Shown piece after piece: positions 57,322-64,000 of a stretch of DNA of 64,000 nucleotides. A program made the position numbers and the translations under genes. Source of the DNA: Ruminococcaceae bacterium OttesenSCG-928-I18. GTDB taxonomy: Bacteria > Bacillota > Clostridia > Oscillospirales > Ruminococcaceae. The notes below the pieces were generated by a model, which saw nothing but the letters and a program-made list of their open reading frames with translations, was not told where the DNA came from and made no database searches. Location of the stretch: positions 32,813-96,812 of the forward strand of contig JAJDHT010000001.1 in assembly GCA_030266325.1 (NCBI GenBank), read 5' to 3'. How positions within the stretch are numbered: the first letter of the stretch is position 1; every line of letters begins with the position of its first letter.

Positions 57322-58083
57322 TTACCGGATATTGTCCCGCACCTCTGCAAAGGACGGTTTCTGGGCATACAGGTGCCGTGCGATCAGCTCCATGAGCTCA
57401 AAATCCTCCTCGCTGTCTATATCCAGCACCGCCGTATCCTCCATCTCCACAATCTCACATTTCCCGTCCCAGAGAAAACCCGTCTCGTTTTGGGCCAAAA
57501 AGGCCCTGCGGAACACATAAACAGACGCGTTGAGGTCATAGCACTGGGGCACCTGCTGGCGGGCGGTAAAACGGGTGGGCACCACCTGTTCCACATGGTC
57601 TTCCACCCGTTTCGCCATATTCATATAGGGGCTGCGTCGGCTTTTCACGGCGCTCATCACCACGTCCAGCCCCTGCCCCTGTTCCATCTTCGCGTAACAC
57701 GCCGCCACATCGGCCGCCGTTCGCAGGGGGCTTGTGATGTCGAGGTCCATGTGAAAATCATACCGTTCCCCCCGCCGCTCTTCCATCTGGCGCACACTCT
57801 GCTGGAAGACGGCCATCTTGGGCACCGTATCCCCGCAGAGGCTCGCCGGCCGGTTCAGCGCCGTCACCTCGGGATAGCTGTTCACCACCAGTTCCCGCAA
57901 AAGGCCGCTGTCGGTGTTGAGCACGATGTCGATCTTGAGGTCCGGCCGCAGCCGGCAAAACAGTTCCGCCGCCGAGAGGGAGTAATGTACGAGTGGCTTT
58001 CCGCAAAAGGTCTTGAGGTTTTTGTTTTTAAATCCCTTGCTGCCCGCCCTGCCGCAAATGGTCAGGATCACTTTGGCTCCCAT
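57322..58083 (-). CDS. neuA: Acylneuraminate (nonulosonate) cytidylyltransferase-family protein
   Basis: ICGRAGSKGFKNKN P-loop-like motif of CMP-NeuAc synthetases, 253 aa. An alternative GTG start at 58071 gives a GTGA overlap. Confidence 0.75.
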   Translation of the reverse strand: MGAKVILTICGRAGSKGFKNKNLKTFCGKPLVHYSLSAAELFCRLRPDLKIDIVLNTDSGLLRELVVNSYPEVTALNRPASLCGDTVPKMAVFQQSVRQMEERRGERYDFHMDLDITSPLRTAADVAACYAKMEQGQGLDVVMSAVKSRRSPYMNMAKRVEDHVEQVVPTRFTARQQVPQCYDLNASVYVFRRAFLAQNETGFLWDGKCEIVEMEDTAVLDIDSEEDFELMELIARHLYAQKPSFAEVRDNIR

Positions 58084-59012
58084 TTCGGCTCCCCCTGTGC
58101 CACCCGTAGAATCTGCATCGCGCGCTGCGGGCTGTTTTCGTTGTTGTCCTCGTGGCCTCTCACATAAGAGAGAAAATAGGCCATCTCCCTGAGGTATTTT
58201 TTGTTTGGCTGTTCTTTATAGGAAATGATGTTCCCATAGGGCATCTTAATTGTACCCTCGATGAAATCGGCCACAATGGTGCCCTCGTCGGTAAAGATCT
58301 CGATATTTCTGCGCTCTTTCCTTCCAAAATAATCCAGATGTAATTCAAGGGAAAAATGAGGATAGCGGGCAATGTAAACCGCAAGATCCTCCGAATCAAT
58401 CTCCAAATCGGAAAAATGGCCCGAAATGCAATAGGATTTGTCCGGCATCCCAAAGAGGTCGATGAGATAGTCCCACTCGTGGATGAGATCCAGCACCACA
58501 CCGCCGCCCATCTCTTTGCGCGCGGAGTAGACATTCCGGTAATCCACCTCCGGCCGCCACCCCGGAAGGTAACTTGAACAAATGCACCGCACCGAATAGG
58601 GCATCACCACGTTCATGTGCTGGCGCAGCGCCATATAGAGCCAGGTCCAGCGCATCGGCGCGGCCACATACGCCTTTTGCTCTTTGCCAAGGCCCATTTC
58701 CTCCAAATCGATATCCGTTTTGTCAAAAAGAGGTTTTTCAATAAAAAACGCGCCCACCTTGCCTTTCAGCGCTGCAACAACAGCCGCGTGCTGGTGGGTA
58801 GGGCCGGTAATAAAGGCGATATCATACCGCTCATCGGGGTCAATCTCCGTAATCTCACGGTCAAGCAGGCGCACAATGTCGCTCGTCAAAGGTCTGTCCG
58901 TCGAGCGCAGTGCCGTCACCTGTGCGATGTCCCCCTGCTCACTGCACAGCAGCTTCAGGTTTTTCAGGTGGCGCCGCCCGATGCTGCCAAGGCCGGCAAA
59001 CAAAACTTTCAT
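58068..59012 (-). CDS. Gfo/Idh/MocA-family oxidoreductase
   Basis: MKVLFAGLGSIGRRHL Rossmann N-terminus, 314 aa. ATGA overlap with the upstream gene. Confidence 0.7.
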   Translation of the reverse strand: MKVLFAGLGSIGRRHLKNLKLLCSEQGDIAQVTALRSTDRPLTSDIVRLLDREITEIDPDERYDIAFITGPTHQHAAVVAALKGKVGAFFIEKPLFDKTDIDLEEMGLGKEQKAYVAAPMRWTWLYMALRQHMNVVMPYSVRCICSSYLPGWRPEVDYRNVYSARKEMGGGVVLDLIHEWDYLIDLFGMPDKSYCISGHFSDLEIDSEDLAVYIARYPHFSLELHLDYFGRKERRNIEIFTDEGTIVADFIEGTIKMPYGNIISYKEQPNKKYLREMAYFLSYVRGHEDNNENSPQRAMQILRVAQGEPKWEPK

Positions 59013-60031
59013 TTTCTCTCCCCTTCGCCTGGCTGCGCCGCGGCGCAGCCGCCTTCCGCTGTCTCCATCTGGTCGATGAGCCTAAGGGCCACAAGGTCCT
59101 TTGCAAAACTCCAGCGAGCGGCCTCTTTTCCCGCTATCACGCCATAGAAGTTCAGTATCTCTTCAAGATATGCGTTTTCGACAATATTGTCGCTGTACCG
59201 TTTGTCTTGTTCTATTTCCTCATAGGTTTCCAAACGTACTTTTTCCTTTTTTTCCCCGTCCCACTTGGCCAGCGACCCGGGTGTGCCCTCCCAGAACAGG
59301 TGCAGCCCTTCCCCGTAGACCTCAAAATTCCGCACCGGTTTCGGGGACACGACATCGGCCGCCACGAACCCTTTGGCGCCGCTCTCATGCCGCAGGGTGA
59401 CAAACCAGGAGTCGGGGTAGGTGATTTCCAGCGAAGAGATCTTGTCCCTTTGTGCAAACAGCCCCTCCACCGGGCCGAAGGCCGTCAGCAGCCAGGGTAG
59501 CTCGATGCCGAAAATCTCCCGCACGCCCCCTGTCCGCCTGTCGCCCACAAAAAAATCCTTGTAGTTCTCCCAAGGGTGCCAATCGGGCAGGTACTGGCCA
59601 ATATGATAGAGATAGTTGACGGGCTTGTCAAACGCGGCTATCTCCTCGGTGAGGATACGCGTTTCTGCCCGGTAGAGCATCGTGCTTGAAAGAAACAATG
59701 CCAGGCATTTTTTTTCGGCCTTTTCCATCAGTTCCCCATACCCGTCCGGCACAAGGTTCAGCTCGGTAAACACCGGGAGCCCGGCGTCCAGCAAGCTGTC
59801 GATCAGCAGGGAATGGGTCAGCGGGGCCGTGCAGACAAACGCCGCATCATAGCGGCCCGCCTGTAAGGCCTCGGGCAGGGAGGAAAAACAGGAGATGCCC
59901 ATCTCCTCGGCCTGCTTTCTCCGCTCGGGGGAAGAATCCACCCCCCAAATACCGTAGGCGGCGCCCAGGCCCGCAATCAACCTGGCGCGGCGTTTGCCCA
60001 TACTTCCAAGACCGATAATCAGGTTTTTCAA
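59009..60031 (-). CDS. Gfo/Idh/MocA-family oxidoreductase
   Basis: MKNLIIGLGSMGKRR Rossmann N-terminus, 340 aa. TTG start directly after the neuC stop. Confidence 0.7.
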   Translation of the reverse strand: MKNLIIGLGSMGKRRARLIAGLGAAYGIWGVDSSPERRKQAEEMGISCFSSLPEALQAGRYDAAFVCTAPLTHSLLIDSLLDAGLPVFTELNLVPDGYGELMEKAEKKCLALFLSSTMLYRAETRILTEEIAAFDKPVNYLYHIGQYLPDWHPWENYKDFFVGDRRTGGVREIFGIELPWLLTAFGPVEGLFAQRDKISSLEITYPDSWFVTLRHESGAKGFVAADVVSPKPVRNFEVYGEGLHLFWEGTPGSLAKWDGEKKEKVRLETYEEIEQDKRYSDNIVENAYLEEILNFYGVIAGKEAARWSFAKDLVALRLIDQMETAEGGCAAAQPGEGERK

Positions 60032-61219
60032 TCAGGCGCCCTCCCCATCATAGAAGGTCTTGGGGCCGCGCAGCCAGCCTCCCGCCAGGTTCTCTTTCAG
60101 CACGGTTACGATCCTGCCGCTCGTGTCGCCCCCGTTGTAGGGGCTTTTCACAAGCCTCGCCTTTTCGCGGAAAGCGGGTGTCAGGGCCTCTTTGATGGCC
60201 GCGTCAATCTGCCCCGCATCAATGTCGCAGCACAGCACATTTTCGCAGATCATACGCCCGTGCTGCCGCATGCCGATGTTGACCGTCGGCGTGCCGAGGG
60301 ACGGCGTCTCGACGACCCCCGAAGAGGAGTTGCCCAGGACGAGGGAGGCCTCCTTCATCGCGCCAAGGTAGCGCAGTGTGCCCAGCGAAGAGAACAGCGC
60401 GCAGTTGGTGCGTTGCACACAGAAGGCCGCATAGCGTGCGTTCAGTTCGCTGCCGCCGGCGTCGGCGTTGGCGCCGGTGAACAGGTAAAACAGTTCCGGG
60501 TGTTGCTCTATGGCCCGCAAGAGGGCGTCGGCCTGCTGCGCCACGCTGTGGCCGGTGGCGGTCTCGGGGTGATAGGTCACCAGGGCAAAGGGCCCCGTAT
60601 GCGGGATGCCCAGGTTTTCGGCGAGGGTATTTCGGTCGGGCAAAACCATATTGCGTATGTTTTCGTCCCCCAGCCCGCCCACATTGTAGACTCTGCCCGG
60701 TTGCTCCCCCATGCGCAACAGCCGCTGGCGGTACATTTCGCAGGAGGGGAAGTGCAGTTTCGCCATCTTTGAGATGCAGTGCCGGTACCAGTTGTCGTCG
60801 GCCCCCCAGGTCACTTCGCCCCCGCTGATGTGCGCCACGGGCAGGTTTAAAAGCGAGGCCGCCAGCGACGCCGCCAGCGCTTCGTAGCGGTCTCCCAGCA
60901 GCAGCAGGCAATCGGGCTTGTCCTCCATAAACGCCGCCAAAAACAATTCCAGCGCCATCTGGGTACGCACCGCCGTGCCGGCCCGGCCGCTCGGCACCTC
61001 GGCCGAGAGGATGTCAAGCCTGGCGGCGATGGGCATGCCGTCGGCCTCGATCTCGTCCACGGTGCTGCCAAACGCCTCGCTCAGGTGGGAACCCGTCACA
61101 TAGAGGCGCAAATCGAATGCGTCGTCACAGTTCAGCTTTTTCAGCACCGGGCGCAGCAGGCCATATTCCGCCCGCGTGCCCGTTGCCACCGCAAGGCGGT
61201 ATCTCTGTCTCTCTTCCAC
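60032..61219 (-). CDS. neuC: UDP-N-acetylglucosamine 2-epimerase (hydrolysing), NeuC/LegG-like
   Basis: ATGTRAEYGLL, GDRYE and HISGGEVT motifs. GTG start chosen; the ATG at 61264 would overlap neuB by 29 nt. Confidence 0.82.
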   Translation of the reverse strand: MEERQRYRLAVATGTRAEYGLLRPVLKKLNCDDAFDLRLYVTGSHLSEAFGSTVDEIEADGMPIAARLDILSAEVPSGRAGTAVRTQMALELFLAAFMEDKPDCLLLLGDRYEALAASLAASLLNLPVAHISGGEVTWGADDNWYRHCISKMAKLHFPSCEMYRQRLLRMGEQPGRVYNVGGLGDENIRNMVLPDRNTLAENLGIPHTGPFALVTYHPETATGHSVAQQADALLRAIEQHPELFYLFTGANADAGGSELNARYAAFCVQRTNCALFSSLGTLRYLGAMKEASLVLGNSSSGVVETPSLGTPTVNIGMRQHGRMICENVLCCDIDAGQIDAAIKEALTPAFREKARLVKSPYNGGDTSGRIVTVLKENLAGGWLRGPKTFYDGEGA

Positions 61220-61235
61220 TGTTCCTTTTCCTCTC

Positions 61236-62231
61236 CTAAAGCTCAATCTGTTCGTCGGGCGCAAAGTCGCGCACCGCCGCGCGGCCCAGCACCTCGTACC
61301 AACGCATCGGCGAAAGGCCGTCTCCCGGCCGCTTGGTCGTCAGGTTGTCCTCGCTCAAAAGCTCCCCTGCCTTGATGGCCTTCGCCGCCACGATGCTCTT
61401 GCGGGCGGCCGGGCGGTTCTTGGCCTCGCTGGCGCTCACCCGTTTTTCCCCGCTGCCCAGCGCCGTTTCACACTGGCAGATGCCGTCCACCATGCAGCGC
61501 AGCTCTTCGGGGTCAAGGCTCGCCTTGTGGTCTGGCCCGGGCAGGCTTTTGTCCAGCGTAAAATGCTTTTCGATCACCACCGCCCCAAGGGCCGCCGCCG
61601 CGATGTCGCAGACGACGCCGGGGGTGTGGTCCGAGTAGCCCACACGCAGCCCAAACGTCTCGCTGAGATCGGCCATGGCCAGCAGGTTCGCGTCCTCAAA
61701 GGGCGTCGGATATTCGGTGTTGCAGTGCAGCAGGGTAATTTCGCCTGCCCCGCCGTCTTCCAGCACGCTCAGCGCGTCCTCAATCTCCGCCAGGGTGCTC
61801 ATGCCAGTGCTCAGCAGCACCGGTTTTTTCGTCCTGCCAATCCTCTCAAGGTAAGGCAGGTTGGTGATTTCCCCCGAGGGGACTTTGTGCATGGGCAGGC
61901 CGACCTCTTCGAGAAAGTCGATGCTGGGCAGGTCGAAGGCCGTGGCGAAGTACACGATGCCGATCTCCTCACAATACGCTTTCAGTTCGCGGTGCGCGTC
62001 AAAATCGAAGTGTAGTTTCCGGATCATCTCAAGCTGGCTCTCCTGCCCGCCCGTCGCCTCTCTCTGGTAGTCCGCCTTCTGCGCAAAGCGGCTCACCACA
62101 AGCTCGGGCAGGGCCACCTGGTACTTCACCATGTCGGCCCCAGCCGCCTTGGCCGCCTGCGCCATCTCCTTGGCCCGCGTAAGGTCCCCATTGTGGTTGA
62201 CCCCCGCCTCTGCTATGATCACAACCGCCAT
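61236..62231 (-). CDS. neuB: N-acetylneuraminate (nonulosonate) synthase, NeuB family
   Basis: IIAEAGVNHNGD N-terminus, TIM-barrel core and a C-terminal SAF domain, 331 aa. Confidence 0.88.
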   Translation of the reverse strand: MAVVIIAEAGVNHNGDLTRAKEMAQAAKAAGADMVKYQVALPELVVSRFAQKADYQREATGGQESQLEMIRKLHFDFDAHRELKAYCEEIGIVYFATAFDLPSIDFLEEVGLPMHKVPSGEITNLPYLERIGRTKKPVLLSTGMSTLAEIEDALSVLEDGGAGEITLLHCNTEYPTPFEDANLLAMADLSETFGLRVGYSDHTPGVVCDIAAAALGAVVIEKHFTLDKSLPGPDHKASLDPEELRCMVDGICQCETALGSGEKRVSASEAKNRPAARKSIVAAKAIKAGELLSEDNLTTKRPGDGLSPMRWYEVLGRAAVRDFAPDEQIEL

Positions 62232-62232
62232 G

Positions 62233-64000
62233 TCACCGCCCCGTTTCTATACTCTCATTTTGCCGTCGGCGGCGCGTCAGCCCCCGCACCAAAAGCCCGG
62301 CGAACAGCACCGCACTCACCGCCGTCACCACCCAGCCGGCCGCCGCGCCGCCGGGGCTGTACCGCAGCTCGATCTCGTTTTCACCCTCCTCCAGCGGCAG
62401 GCCCAGAAAACCACCAGCCAGCCGGAAAGGTTCGCTCTCTTTGCCGTTCACCACGGCACGCCAGTCTTCGTCATAGGGGATCGATGCGAACAGCACCTGT
62501 CCTTCCTGCGCTTGCACCGTGCCCCACACCCGGCCGTCCTCCCGTGTGAACTCCCCGCCGCTTTCCCGCGCCGTGTCGGCCAGGGCCTCCAGTTTTTGGG
62601 CGGGCAGGCAGGCGAAGTAGATGGCGTTCATCTCGATGGGCGCCTCATTGTCCCAGCCGAGGCGCACCTGCTGCCCCGCCTCAAGGTACCCGAGGTTGTA
62701 TACGCCGTTTTGGTCGGCCGTGAACCCCTGCCCGCAAGGCTTGCCGTCCAGCAGGACACCAAGGTCGTACAGCGGGTTTGCGGCGACGGGCAAGGCATAG
62801 TAATAGCCTTCGCCCTCAGCCCTCAGCAGGTACTCCGCCCCCGGCGGCAGCGTGCCGGTCAGCCCGGTGCTCTCCTGCTCCCCGGTCACCAGGCGCACGT
62901 CGGCCACCTGCTCAAACAGGGGGCCCTCCGCGCCCAGCCGGTTGTAAAGTTCATTTTGGTAGGCAAAGCTGTCCTCCCACAGGGGTGCTTCACCCTCCCC
63001 CTGCCGTTCGCCTCCCACAGGCAGGGTAAAAAACAGGGGCAGGGCGTAGGGGTTTTCGTACAGGGTGCCCCCCTCGGTCTGCCCGGCCGCCCGCCAGTGA
63101 GCCGGCACCGGGCGCCCACCGTCCGAAAGCAGTGTGCGAAGCCCCAGCACGCTGTCCGCAAACGCCGTGGAGCCATAGAGGTAGGACCCATTGCCCCGGT
63201 AGCCGAGGTTCCACAGGGTGTCGGTGGCGGCGTTGTCCTGGGTGGAGCCAAAGTGAGAGACGCCGTCATAATCCAGCAGCATCGGGTCGTTGAGGGTTCG
63301 GTAGAAATTCTTTTCCACCCGGCCGCCCGCCTGTCCGGCGGGTTGCAGCACGCCGCCCACCCGGTCTACAAAATCCTGGTAGTCGGCCAGGGGGTAGTTT
63401 TCAAACTTGCGGGTAATCAACACGGCGTTCAGCACAAGCTCGAGGCAGACGGCCCCAAGCACCACCCCCGCCAAAACCTTTCGCCCGGTTCCGGGGGCCC
63501 GTTTTTGGTAGGCCCACAGCAAAACGGCAAAACCCGCCACCCCCGCGGCGCTGGCAAGCAGCTTCACCGTTCCCGCAGCCGACAAGAGCGAAAGCAGCAA
63601 GAAGACAACCGCCAGCGCCCCGCCCGAAAGCAGCGCCTCCTTTTTGCCCACGGCCCCCCGCGCCAGGGCCGCCGTGGCCAGAAGCGCCAGCGTGAAGCAA
63701 AACAGCCAGGAGTAACGGTAGGGGAACCAGACGGGTTCTTTGAGGCCGTGCCAGAAGGTGTCGAACCCGCCGACCCAAAAACTGAGGATCAACACCGTCA
63801 ACACACCGCCGGCCAGCAGTTTGGCCCGCAGGGCCACCTTGCGGCTCAAAAAAAAGCAGAGGGCCAGCAGCGGCAGCAAAAGCCCACAGTATAAAAGCGG
63901 CAGCCCGTCGATGACGTCCTCCCACAAAAAGCTGTTGAAGGCCAGTTTTTCGGGCAGCTGCCAAAGCGGGAACTTTGTCTCAAATGAAAAATCAAACGCC
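62233..64000 (-). CDS. YfhO-family membrane glycosyltransferase-like protein (C-terminal about 590 aa; N-terminus off the window)
   Basis: The frame stays open to position 64000. Multiple TM helices are followed by a large extracytoplasmic C-domain and a terminal TM. The stop lies 1 nt before the neuB ATG. Confidence 0.65.
   Translation of the reverse strand, partial: AFDFSFETKFPLWQLPEKLAFNSFLWEDVIDGLPLLYCGLLLPLLALCFFLSRKVALRAKLLAGGVLTVLILSFWVGGFDTFWHGLKEPVWFPYRYSWLFCFTLALLATAALARGAVGKKEALLSGGALAVVFLLLSLLSAAGTVKLLASAAGVAGFAVLLWAYQKRAPGTGRKVLAGVVLGAVCLELVLNAVLITRKFENYPLADYQDFVDRVGGVLQPAGQAGGRVEKNFYRTLNDPMLLDYDGVSHFGSTQDNAATDTLWNLGYRGNGSYLYGSTAFADSVLGLRTLLSDGGRPVPAHWRAAGQTEGGTLYENPYALPLFFTLPVGGERQGEGEAPLWEDSFAYQNELYNRLGAEGPLFEQVADVRLVTGEQESTGLTGTLPPGAEYLLRAEGEGYYYALPVAANPLYDLGVLLDGKPCGQGFTADQNGVYNLGYLEAGQQVRLGWDNEAPIEMNAIYFACLPAQKLEALADTARESGGEFTREDGRVWGTVQAQEGQVLFASIPYDEDWRAVVNGKESEPFRLAGGFLGLPLEEGENEIELRYSPGGAAAGWVVTAVSAVLFAGLLVRGLTRRRRQNESIETGR

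Noticed and set aside
62131-63894. 587-aa plus-strand ORF
   Set aside because: It is antisense to the YfhO-family gene, Arg/Pro/Gly-rich and a shadow ORF. The same applies to 550..2145, 15329..16555, 16423..17913, 19901..21415, 21844..23211 and other long antisense frames.

Overview
GC-rich (by eye, not computed) chromosomal window that looks like a flagellated Clostridia-type Firmicute, inferred from gene content and AGGAGG-type ribosome-binding sites. About 75% of genes lie on the minus strand, with many 1-4 nt start/stop overlaps. Left to right: a pentose/fucose block (truncated ribulokinase-like kinase, Zn-dehydrogenase, AraC regulator, fucI); small housekeeping genes (MBL hydrolase, macro-domain protein, TfoX-N, rsmA, a lipoprotein M3 peptidase, a cold-shock protein, cupin, YjbQ); two unknown membrane proteins; proBA; rfbB-rfbD-rfbA plus a GT2; an ftsE-ftsX-M23-S41 division/hydrolase operon; a CdaR regulator; a solitary flagellin gene with a structured leader; argS, murI, ddl, degV, trmL, pdxK; a two-component system; efp, pepP, yqeG, rpsU; a lower-GC patch of degenerate sequence; an NfeD/SPFH pair; a gene with a sigma-28-type promoter; hflX, GNAT, sppA. 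The window ends in a roughly 16 kb surface-glycan locus: N-acetyl sugar amidotransferase, flippase, an unassigned GT-like protein, an SGNH-like protein with MBOAT, a neuA-like gene, two Gfo/Idh/MocA genes, neuC, neuB and YfhO. I found no CRISPR array, tRNA, rRNA, transposase, integrase or recognisable defence system. The observations most worth follow-up are: (1) the nonulosonic-acid locus, with non-canonical extra enzymes and YfhO/MBOAT partners; (2) an S41 peptidase homolog in the ftsEX operon that lacks the catalytic Ser; (3) a roughly 100-nt structured flagellin leader with a decayed orphan copy 15 kb away next to rpsU; (4) a sigma-28-type promoter in front of an uncharacterised protein with a FliD-like segment. 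All family calls come from reading translated sequences and remembered motifs; no searches were run.
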